Positions 1 through 12,200 of a DNA stretch of 64,000 nucleotides are shown here, piece after piece. This stretch comes from Raja brachyura. Its lineage: Eukaryota. The notes below the pieces were generated by a model. It was not told the DNA's origin and made no database searches. It was given only the letters and a program-made list of their open reading frames with translations. A program made the translations under genes and the position numbers. Location of the stretch: NCBI GenBank assembly GCA_963514005.1, contig OY740798.1, forward strand, positions 51,894,001-51,958,000, given 5' to 3'. Within the stretch, counting starts at the first letter, position 1. Each line of letters begins with the position of its first letter.

Positions 1-232
1 CCCTTGGCGATTCAGATAAGCTGGCTCAAGAAATCAAAGATTGGAGAACAGAAGATCCTGGACCACATTTGCACAGGATCTCCTGTTAAAAATGCGGATG
101 GAACCTACAATGTGTCGAGCCAAATGAGGCTACGTCCAACACTCCAGGACGATGGTAACACTTACGTGTGCTTAGTGAGACATAGATCACTTTATAAGGA
201 CACAGAGTTGACCACCCATCTGACTGTCAAAG
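1..232 (+). CDS. Exon (5'-truncated by window edge): membrane-proximal extracellular C1-set Ig domain
   Basis: PLAIQISW...DGTYNVSS...YVCLVRH; C-strand Trp, F-strand YxC, NVS sequon; donor AAAG|gtaagt after 232, phase 1. Confidence 0.92.
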
Positions 233-3200
233 GTAAGTTTAATTTTAGTTATAGAAGTAATGTGGAGACAGACCCTTCAGCCCAACTAATCCACACTGAC
301 CATCGATGGGCCAAATATGGGCAGGTTAGTCTGGCGTAGATGGTGCATCTTGGACAGTATGAATAAGTTGGGTTGAAAGGCATTTGTCTCCTACTGATTC
401 TAAAGAAATACTACCTTCCCACCCAAACCACCCACTCCCCTGGTACTTTCCCTTGCAACCGCAGGAAATGCCACACTTGTCATTTTACCTCCCCCGCGAC
501 TCCACCCAAGAGTCTCCACCTAAGCAGTCTTTCCAGGTTCACCTGCACCTCCTCCAACCTCATCTATTGCATCCACTGCTCTAGGTGTCAGCTGCTCTAC
601 ATCTGTGAGACCAAGTGCAGGTTTGGTGATCACTTCGCCCAACACCTCCGCTCGGTTCCTATTAACCAACCTGATCTCCCGGTGGCCCAGCACTTCAACT
701 TCCCCTCCCATTCCGAATCCGACCTTTCTGTCCTGAGCCTCCTCCATGGCCAGTATTTCCTCGTATTTCGCTTGGGCAATTTACTCCCCAGCAGTATGAA
801 CATTGACCTCCAAATTCAGGTAGTCCTTGCTTTCTCTCTCCTTCCCCTCCCCTTCCCAGCTCTCCCACAGCCTACTGTCTCCACATCTTCCTTTCTTCTT
901 CCCGCCGCCCCACCCCCACATCAGTCTGAAGAAGGGTCTCGACCCAAAACGTCACCTATTCCTTCGCTCCATAGATGCTGCCTCACCCACTGTGTTTCTC
1001 CAGCATTTTTGTCTACCTTTGATTTCTCCAGCATCTACAGTTCTTTCTTAAACAACCCTGCACACTAGGGGGCATTCATTTAAGTAAACCAACATCTGCA
1101 GCAAGGAAACGGGCCCTCTTGCCAAACCTCCCTATGCCAATCAAGATGCCCCATCTAAGCTAGTTCCACCTGCCCGTGTTTGGTCCATGTCCCTCTCAAC
1201 CTTTCTTATCCATGTACCTGTCCAAGTGTCTTTTAAATGTAGTTATTGCACCTGCCTCAACTTCCTCTTCTGGCAGCTCGTTCCATGTACGCACCACCTG
1301 TGTGGAAAAAAGTTGTCCCTCGGGTTCCCTTCAAATCTTTCCCTTACTTATGTCCCACGATTGTCTAATCATATGGTATTAACCTGAAATTCAAAGCTCC
1401 TCTACTGGTATACTGGGTCAGGCTACATCTCTTGAAAACATGGATAGGCGACGTTTCAAATCGGGACTCATCAGGTCGTGCATTTTAATGTGAGCAGTTT
1501 GGAGCACAAAATCTAGACGTTTGGAACAAAAACGAATTGTGGCGGGCATTCATTCTCAATAGAGACCAGACACACTAAGTTGTGAAGCAGCGTTACAAAG
1601 CAAATTCATCAAATACATTTGAGAGAGTTGTCTGAAGCAAAATATCCCGAATCCAATAGGGAATACTAGTTTCGCTTAGTCTAGTTCAGTTTAGAGATAC
1701 AGTGTGGAAACCGACCCTTCGGCCAGCTGAGTCCATGTCAACCATGTACATTAGTTCTCTGGTAGACAAAAATACTGGAGAAACTCAGCGGGTGAGGCAG
1801 CATCTATGGAGCGAAGGAAATAGGCAACGTTTCGGGCCGAAACCCTTCTTCAGACTGATGTGGTGGGGGGGGGGGGGGGGGTGCGTGCGGGAAGGGCGGG
1901 AAGAAGAAAGGAAGAGGTGGAGCCAGTGGGCTGAGGGAGAGCTGAGAAGGGGAGGAGACAGCAAGGGCTACCTGAAATGAGAGAGTCAATATTCATACCG
2001 CTGGGGTGCAAACTTTCCAAACAAAATATGAGGTGCTGCTCCTCCAACGTATGGTGGTCCTCACTCTGGCCATGGAGGAGGCCGTTCTCTGTTATCCCAG
2101 TTTTGCATCCTACACACAAGGGGGCATTTACAGAATCCAATTAACTCACAAACCCGCACGACTTTGACGTGTGGGAGGAAACCGAAGCACCCGGAATAAA
2201 CTCACGAGGTCACAGGGACAACCGCACAGTTAGCACCCGGAGTCAGGTTTAGTTCACTTGATTGTCATTTGTACTGAGGTACATTGAAAAGCTTTTCTTT
2301 GTCTCTGGCACTGTGAGGCAACAACTCTACTGCTGTGCTACGGTGCTGCCTATGTAGTTGTTTTGGAAATAGTCTTGTGCAATGAATATACGTATGTTTG
2401 CTAATTGTTATTAAAAACTTTTTTCTTACAGAGCCAGAAATCGTTGTACCAGGGGGAATAATAATATGCTGTGTTATTGGTAGTATACTGCTGTGTTCCT
2501 TGATCATGATCGTTGGATTTTTAATGTATCTAAAGATTTTTAGAAAAGGTAAAGTATCCTTCCCTGAACATTCAAAACCGTTTTGCCTAAGATCGTTTTC
2601 TGTGTTTGATCTGGTATGGTATAGAATGCTTGACATTGCATCAGACACGACATTGAGTATAAGAGGCAGGAAGTCATGTTGCAGCTTTATAGGACTTTAG
2701 TTAGGCCATATTTGGAGTATTGCATGCAGTTATGCTCGCTACTTTACAGGAAGGATGTGGAGGCATGGGGAGAGGTTTACCACAATGCTGCCTGGGTTAG
2801 AAGGTATTAAATATTGGACAAACTTTGATTATTTTCTCTAGAGTGCGGAAAAGGCTAAGGAAAGATCTGATACCAATTGTAAAATTATGCGAAGCATAGA
2901 TAATCAGAACTTTATCCCCAGGGTGTAAATGTCAAAGACCAGAGGGCATAACATAAGATGAGAGGGGCAAAGTTTTATGGAGATATGGACAACAATTTTT
3001 TTTACACAGAAAAAAAGTGTGTTTGGGGTTGCCTGGAACATCCTGCCAGGGGTGGTGGTGGAGGCAGAGCAGATTAGTTTATCTTGGCATCATGTTCGGC
3101 ATGAGCATTGTGGGCCGAAGGGCCTGTTCCTGTGCTGTACTCTGTTCAATGTTCTATATTTCATGTATTTATTCACTACATTACCTCGACTGAATGTGAA

Positions 3201-6200
3201 CTGTCAGATAATTTTAGCTGATCTCCTGGAAAACATTAGTTAGATAGATAGAGTGGACGTGGAGAGAATGTTTCCAGTAGTGGGAGAGTCCAGGACCAGA
3301 GACCAAAGGATGTTCCTTTAGAATGGAGATGAGGAAGAATTTCTTTAACCAGAGGGGGGTGAATCTGTGGAATTAATTGCCACAGGCAGTTGTGGAGGCC
3401 GTATCATTGGGTATTTTTAAAATAAATTGATAGGTTTAATCTGCAATTTGAGAAGAAGAACGTTAAATCGGAAATATCAGTGATGCAGTTGAACAAAGGG
3501 GACTATGAAGGCATGAGAGGGGAGCTGGCCAATGTAGACTGGAAAGGGATCCTAGCAGGAATGACGGTGGAACAGCAATGGCAGGAATTTCTGGGCATAA
3601 GCCGGAAGACGCAGGATCATTTCATTCCAAAAAGGAACAAAGGAACAGTAGGAGGCAACTGTGGCTGACAAGAGAAGTTAGGGATAGAATAAAACTAAGA
3701 GAAAAGATGTATAACACAGCACAGATTAGCGAGAAGTCAGAGAATTGGGAAACTTTCATAGGACAACAGAAGGAAACAAAACGGGCAATACGGGCTGAAA
3801 AGATGAAGTACGAGGGGAAGCTGGCCAGGAATATAAAGAAAGACAGTAAAAGCTTCTTTAGATATGTTAAGGGAAAAAGAGTAGCAATGTCAAATGTGGG
3901 TCCCTTGAAGGCAGACAGGGGTGAAATTATTATGGGCAACAAGGAAATGGCAGAGGTTGAATAGGTACTTCGGATCTGTCTTCACTAAGGAAGACACAAA
4001 CAATCTCGCAAATGTACTGGAGGACAGAGGATCTAAGGAGGTAGAGGAACTGAAAGAAATTTTCATTAGGCGAGAAATAGTATTGGGTAGGCTAATAGGC
4101 TGAAGGAAGATAAATCCCCTGGGCCTGATGGTCTGCATCCCAGGGTCCTCAGTGAGGTGGCTCCAGAAATAGTGGACGCATTGGTGATCATTTTCCAATG
4201 TTCAATAGATTCAGGATCAGTTCCTGTGGATTGGAGGATAGCTTATATTATCCCACTTTTCAAGAAAGAAGCGAGAGAGAAAACGGGGAATTACAGACCA
4301 GTTGGCCTGACTTCGGTGGTGGGAAAGATGCTGGAGTCAATTATTAAAGAGGTAATAATGTGGCATTTGGATAGCAGTAAAAGGATTAGACCAAGTCAAC
4401 ATGGATTTATGAAAAGGAAATCATGCTTGACTAATCTTCTGGAATTTTTTGAGGATGTGACAAGTAAAATGGATGAAGGGGTGCCAGTGAATGTAGTGTA
4501 TCTAGACTTTCAGAAAGCCTTTGATAAGGTCCCGCACGGGAGACTGGTGACTAAAATTAGAGCACATGGTATTGGGGGTAGGGTGTTGAAATGGATAGAA
4601 AATTGGTTGGCAGACCGGAAGCAAAGAGTAGGAGTGAACGGGTCCTTTTCAGAATGGCAGGCAGTGGCGAGTGGAGTGCCGCAAGGCTCGGTGTTGGGGC
4701 CGCTACTGTTTACCATATATATTAATGATTTGGAAGAGGGAATTAGGAGCAACACTAGCAAGTTTGCGGATGACACAAAGCTGGGTGGCAGTGTGAACTG
4801 TGAAGAGGATGTTAGGAGGTTGCAGGGTGACAGGTTGAGTGAGTAGGCAGATGCGTGGCAGATGCAATATAATATAGATAAATGTGAGGTTATCCAGTTG
4901 CGGCAAAAACAAGGGAGCAGATTATTATCACAATGGGGTTAGGTTAGGTAAGGGGGAGGTACAGCGAGACCTGGGTGTCCTCGTACACCAGTCACTGAAA
5001 GTTGGCGTGCAGGTACAGTAGGCAGTGAAGAAAGCTAATGGAATGTTGGCATTCATAACAAGAGGATTTCAGTATAGGAGTAAAGAGGTTCTTCTGCAGT
5101 TGTATAGGGCTCTGGTGAGACCACATCAGGAGTATTGTGTACAGTTTTGGTCTCCTAATTTGAGGAAGGACATCCTTGTGATTGAGGCAGTGCAGAATAG
5201 GTTCACGAGATTGATCCCTGGGATGGTGGGACTATCATATGAGGATAGATTGAAAAGACTAGGCTTGTATTCACTTGAGTCTAGAAGGATGAGGGGCAAT
5301 CTTATAGAAACATATAAAATTATAAAAGGACTGGACAAGCTAGATGCAGGAATAATGTTCCCAATGTTGGGCGAGTCCAGAACCAGCGGCCACAGTCTTA
5401 GAATAAATGGGAGGTCATTTAAGACTGAGGTGAGAAAAAACCTTTTCACCCAGAGAGTTGTGAATTTATGGAATTCCCTGCCACAGCGGGCAGTGGAGGC
5501 CAAATCACTGGATGGTTTTAAGAGAGAGTTAGAGCTCTAGGGGCTAGTGAAGTCAAAGGATATGGGGAGAAGGTAGGCATGGGTTATTGATAGCGGACGA
5601 TCAGCCATGATCACAATGAGTGGCGGCGCTGGCTCGAAGGGCCAAATGGCTTCCTCCTGCACCTATTTTCTATGTTTCTATGTTTTAAAGAATTGATAGG
5701 TTTGTGATTCCTTTCTAAAGGTAGCTACGTCCTTTTATTGTGAGGCTGTTCCCTCTGGTCCTAGACTCTCCCACTTGTGGAAGCATCCGCTCCATATCCA
5801 TTGATTTCTATTAACGTCTAACTTTCATAGGATGACCTTTCTTTGTTCTTGAGTTACACCAGTATTTTTCACCTCTGCATTTCCAGTTCTTTTGTTCTTG
5901 CATCCTGATTTCGATTTATTTTTTCATATCCTTGGCTTTATTTTTGATCTCTGATTCTCATGTTATTTCTAAATGTGGAGATACCTAAAATGTAATGAGA
6001 TATTGAGCCAGGTGTTCTTACATCCATATTTATTACAGTGGATGTTTTATGTAGATGGGTGATGAATTTGTTCTGATACTTTTAAAGTGACATAAACCTC
6101 TTCCAAAAGAAGAATAACATCAACATTTTTTTTCTAGTACCTCCTAAAGTGTCTGAAATCACCAAACCACCACACATGATACATTTGGAAGAAACTGTTC

Positions 6201-9200
6201 TGACTTGTCATATATCAGGATATAAGCCTGCAAACATTTCGCTTTGTTGTTTTCTACAAAGAGAGGGGGAAAATCAAAGTAAGATTTTCCAATGGAGCTC
6301 TGCACCTGGCCACTCGCAAGCACCTGAAGCTATTGAGCAGCAAAGACTTATTTGCAACGGCGACCCTGTGAAGGAGTCTTTCCACATTGAGATGACAACT
6401 GTTACACACGATGGCTGCTCCAGTGCGAAATGCAAAATTATATTCATCCCTGATATTGATAAAGATGACGGAACTGTCCTCTCTCTTCACGTTTCACATA
6501 GCACTCTTGGAGAGCCTATTACTAAATCCATCCAATTGGAAGTTGAAGGAAGTAAGTATACAGTGTGGCACACGGTGCAGCATATAGAGCTGCTGCCTCA
6601 CAGTGGCAGAGGCTTGGAGTTTGACCTCGGGTGCTGTCTGTGTGGAGTTTGCACATTCTCCTTGTGACTGCTGGGTTTTCTCCGGGTGCTCCGGTTTCAT
6701 CCCATATTCCAAAGATGTGCGGGTTTGTAGGTTAATTGGCCTCTGTAAATTGCCCCTAGTGTGTAGGGAGTGGTAGAAAAAGTGGGATAACGTAGAACTA
6801 GTGTGAACAGGTGATTGATAGTTGGTGCGCATTTGTTTGGTTGAAGGGCCTGTTTGCATGCTGTATTTCTAAAGTAGACGAAATCATGTCAAGAAAACAA
6901 TTATCTTTATTTGTTTATAAAAGTGTCTTACCAAATCAATACCTCAGGTAAAATGTAGTTTAGCGTAAAGATACAGCATGGAAACAGGCTCTTCCACTCA
7001 CCAAGTCGGCAGCAACCATCAATCACCTGTTCTACGTTATTCCACTTCCTCACCTATTCCCTACACGCTGAGGGCATTAACCTACAAACCCACGCGCCTT
7101 TAGGATGTGGTGGGAAACCCACGCGGTCATAGGGAAAATGTGCAAACTCCACACAGACAGCACCGGAGGTCAGGATCAAACCTGGTCCGGCTCTATGAGA
7201 CAGCAGCTCTACCAGCTACGCCACTGTGCCACCCAAAATTACTCTGTTTTAACTATATACTTTTAAATTAGCCGTCCTCTCTGTAATTACATCTCACGAA
7301 TAATCCGAAATACTATGCAGTAAATGTTACTAGTGTGTGCGGGGTCTGTTAAAATGGCTGGATTGCAGTTACATCTCAACTGCACAAAATAAAACTCAGC
7401 AAGTTTTATACAATACACTGTAAATTCTAAAACCATTAAATCTTCTCTCCTTTTTCCTTTCTTAAATAAAAACAGTTGCACCAAAGATGACTAATATTCT
7501 AGCTCCGCCTCACATTATTCATGAAGAGGTGATTGCTTTGTCTTGTCCTATTGACGGATTTAAACCAAGACCACTGGCCATCACTTGGTACCAAAAACCC
7601 GACAAAGCAAAAGAAAACATGGGATTGAAAGAAATTGTGAGAACTGTGTATGGAAGCGAAGATGTTATTGTTGGTGGGGAAAAGGATCTGCCTAAATATT
7701 CCCACTCTCTAAATGAGTTGACCAATGAAGACAATACGTATAGTGTCACTAGTTTCCTAAAATTTACACCAACGATTCTCGAAGACCATGAAACGGTGTA
7801 TGTTTGTGAAGTTGAACATCCAGCTACGGCTTCAAAAACACAACATCGGGTCAAACTTGACATAAAAGGTACAGTCAGAATTTCTCTATTCCTATTATGG
7901 ATTGTAAGATACAATGGAAGCAGGCGCTTCCCCTCAGCACGTACTCCTGCAGTCTGGAATGTGCCAGTTGCCAACTTGCCCTGATGGCCATGTGCTGGGA
8001 GAGCACATGGCCATCAAGTTTCGGGCAGACCAAAGAATGTCTTTTACCAAATCTATATGCAGATTAGACCAGGCATCAGGATAATAATCCAGGTGAATGT
8101 GGCTTAATATCAACACGTTTTAATTACCCTTTCAAACTAGGTGGTAGCGTGGACAGTGAAGATGATTATCAAAAATCACATTTGGCTTTTGATCATCTGT
8201 GCAAGTGGGCTGTGCAATAGCTAATGGAGTTTAATGGAGATAAATACAGTTTGCATGTTCTCCTTGTGACTGTATGGGTTTTCTCTGGGTGCTCCAGTCT
8301 CCCACACTTCAAAGACCTACAGATGTGCAGGTTAGTTGGCTTTTGTAAATTGTAAATTGCCCCGTGTGTAGGATCGTGGTAGAGTTTGGGGAGATCGCTC
8401 GTCGGCATGGTGGCTGAAGGGCCTGTTTCCACTCTGGACCTCCAATGTCTGAAGTGCAAGGTGCTGCATATTTGGGAAATCAAACCAAGGCAGAACCTTC
8501 ACAATGAATGGTGGGGCCCTGGGAAATGTTGTAGAACAGGGATCTAGGAGTGCAGGTGGGTTGTTCCCTGAAAGTGGTGTCAAAGGTAGATAGGGTGGTA
8601 AAGAAGGATTTTGGTACATTGGCCTTTATTTGTCATGGTATTGAGGATAGAAGTTGAGATGTTATGTTACAGTTGTACAAGATGTTGGTGAGACAACATT
8701 TAGTGTACCGTGTTCGGTTTTGGTCACCCTGCTATAGGAAGGATGTCATTAAGCTGCTTAGGGTGAAGAGAAGATTTATGTGGATGTTGCTGGGAATTGA
8801 GGGCCTGAGCTATCGGGAGAGTTTGAGCAGGTTAGAAAACTTTTTTGGAGCGCAGGAGGCTGAAGGCTGATCTTATAGAGGCATCTTTTACACAGGAGAG
8901 GGGAATCAACAAACCGGAGGACATAGGTTTAAAGTGAGAGGGGCAAGATTTAGTAGAAATCTGAGAGGAAACGTTTTCGATCAGAAGGTGTTGGGTGTAT
9001 GGAAAGAGTGCCGGAGGAGGTAGTTGAGACAGGTACTATAAAAACATTTCAAAGACTTGAACAGATACATGGATAGGAAAGGTTTAAAGGGATACAAGCC
9101 AAACGTGTATAAATGGGATGAGCTGAGATGGGGCATCTTGGTTGTGGACAAGCTTGGCTGAAGGGCCTATTTCCGTGTTATATGACTCGGAACAAAAATC

Positions 9201-12200
9201 CCTGCAGAATGTCTGAACCTTTCACAGCTTTTTCCTTCCCTTTCTCTTCAGCAATCCCAGAATGTGAAGACATTAAGTTGGCGCCGGAAATCCCAATTGC
9301 AGAAGAATTTGCTGAATCAACCTGCAGGATACATTCCTTCTTCCCAAAGAACATTGAAGTTATTTGGAAAATGGATAACAAACTAATGCAGGAAACTAAA
9401 GCTGAAACTGAACCCACCTTAGGAACTGATGGTCGTTATAGCTTCACAGATCATCTGAAGTTCATCCCTGCGAGAGAAGACCTTGGAAAGATATTAACCT
9501 GCAAATTCCAGCATGAAAGTATCATAGGCACAAAAAGAACTGCCTGTAAATTGGATAAACTGAGTAAGGAAGTGTTTTATTTCTTTTTTATTTTGAAAGA
9601 TTTCATTGTTGAACATTGTTGTCCATTTTTGTTCATTTACCTAGAGTGATAGAGCATGGAAACGGGCCCTTGGGCTCAACTTGCCCACACCAGCCAACAT
9701 ATCCCAGCTACACTAGTGCCCCCTGCTTGCATTTGGTCCATATCCCTCCAAACCTGCCCTAACCATGTACCTGTTTAACTGTTTCTTAAACATTGGGACA
9801 GTCCCAGCCTCAACTACCTCCTCTGGCATCTTGTTCCACACACCCACCACCCTTTGTTGAAAAAGTAACCCCTCAGATTCCTATTAATTCTTTTCCCCTT
9901 CACCTTAAACCTATGTCTTCTGGTCCTCGATTCACTTAATCTGGGCAAGAGACTCTGTGCATCTACCTGATCTATTCCTCTCATGATTTTATACACCTCA
10001 ATAAGATCACACGTCACTGCCCCTGCACTTCAAGGTCCAAGTTATATAAAGGAGGATAGTAAAATAAGAATATAAAGGAGGATAGTAAAAGCTTCTTTAG
10101 GTATGTGAGAGGAAAAAATTAGTTAAGACCAAAGTTGGACCCTTAAAGACTGAAAAGGGTGAATTTATTATGGGGAACAAGGAAATGGCAGATGAGTTGA
10201 ACAGGTACTTTGGATCCGTCTTCACTAAGGAAGACACAAACAATCTTCCGGATATACTAGTGGCCAGAGGATCTGGGATGACGGAGGAACTGAAGGAAAT
10301 CCACATTAGGCAGGAAATGGTGTTGGATACTGATGGGACTGAAGGCTGATAAATCCCCAGGGCCTGATGGTCTGCATCCCAGGGTACTGCAGGAAGTGGC
10401 TCTAGAAATCATGGTTGCATTGGTGATAATTTTCCAATGTTCTATAGATTCAGGATCAGTTCCTGTGGATTGGAGGGTAGCTAATGTTATCCCACTTTTT
10501 AAGAAAGGCGGGAGAGGGAAAACAGGGAATTATAGACCAGTTAGCCTGACATCGGTGGTGGGGAAGATACTGGAGTCAATTATAAAAGATGAAATAGCGG
10601 CACATTTGGATCGCAGTAACAGAATCGGTTCGAGTCAGCATGGATTTACGAAGGGGAAATCATGCTTGACTAATGTTCTGAGGATTTTTTGAGGATGTAA
10701 CTCGGAAAATGGACAAAGGAGAGCCAGTGGATGTAGGGTACCTGGACTTTCAGAAAGCATTTGATAAGGTCCCAGATAGGAGATTAGTAGGTAAAATTAG
10801 GGCACATGGTATTGGGGGTAGAGTGCTGACATGGATAGAAAATTGCTTGGCAGACAGGAAACAAAGAGTAGGGATTAACGGGTCCCTTTCAGAATGGCAG
10901 GGAGTGATTAGTGGGGTGCCGCAACGTTCAGTGCTGGGACCGCAGCTGTTTACAATATACATCAATGATTTAGATGAAGGGATTCAAAGTAACATTAGCA
11001 ATGAGTAGATGACGCAAAGCTGGGTGGCAGTGTGAAGTATGAGTAGGATGCTATGAGAATGCAGGGCGGCTTGGGCAGGTTGGGTGAGAGGGCAAATGCA
11101 TATCAGATGCAGTTTATTGTGGATAAATGTGAGGTTATCCACTTTTATAGCAAAAACAGGAAGGCAGATTACTATCTAAATGGTATCAAGTTGGGAGAAG
11201 GGGAAGTACAACGGGATATGGGGGTCCTTGTTCATCAGTTTATGAAAGTAAGCATGCAGGTACAGCAGGCAGTGAAGAAAGGAAATTGCATGTTGGCCTT
11301 TATAACAAGAGGAATCGACTATAGGAGCAAAGAGGTTCCTTCTGCAGTTGTATAGGGCCCCAGTGCGACCACACCTGGAGTATTGTGTGCAGTTTTGTTC
11401 CCCTAATTTGAGGAAGGACATTCTTGCTATTGAGGGAGCCCAGTGTAGGTCTATAAGGTTAATTCTCGGGATGGCGGTGGACTGTCATATGCTGAGAGAA
11501 TGGAGCAGCTGGGCTTGTACACTCTGGAATTTAGAAGGATGAGAGGGGATCTTATTGAAACATAAGATTATTAAGGGTTTGGACATGCTTAAGGCAGGAA
11601 ACATGTTCCCGATGTTGGGGGAGTCCATACCAGGGGCCACAGTGACGATTAAACACTTTTTCTCACAGAGAGTTGTGAGTGTGTGGAATTCTCTGCCTCA
11701 GAGGGCAGTGGATACTTTGGATAAGTTCTCTGGATACGGGGGATAGGTGCTCGGGATACTTTCAAGAGAGAGCTGGCTAGGGCTCTTATAGATAGCGGAG
11801 TCAGGGGATATGGGGAGAAGGCGGGAACGGGGTACTGATTGGGGATGATCAGTCATGATCACATTAAATGGCGGGTTACACAAAAAGCTGGAGAAACTCA
11901 GCGGGTGCAGCAGCATCTAAGGAGCGAAGGAGATAGGCGACGTTTCGGGTCGAGATCCTTCTTCAGACTTTTCCAAATTTGTAAGCAGTCTGAAGAAGGG
12001 TCTCGACCCGAAACGTCGCCTATCTCCTTCGCTCCTTAGATGCTGCTGCACCCGCTGAGTTTCTCCAGCTTTTTGTGTAACCGTCGATTCTCCAGCATCT
12101 GCAGTTCCTTCTTTAACACATTAAATGGCGGTGCTGGCTCGAAGGGCCGAATGGCCTACTCCTGCACCTATTGTCTATTGTCTGAGTTCCATTCTTAAAT

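Larger units (their letters stand above)
10050..12180 (+). mobile_element. CR1-clade LINE, 5'-truncated, disrupted; interrupted by a Penelope-derived unit
   Basis: [36 protein letters not shown] motifs; (ctattgt)n tail. Confidence 0.9.

Noticed and set aside
373-1068. 231-aa ORF as a host gene
   Set aside because: Penelope GIY-YIG fragment inside an intron.
7720-7830. ITIM/ITSM motifs in the post-TM region (TYSV, TVYV)
   Set aside because: These Tyr are the structural E- and F-strand residues of the Ig fold and do not match the consensus spacing.
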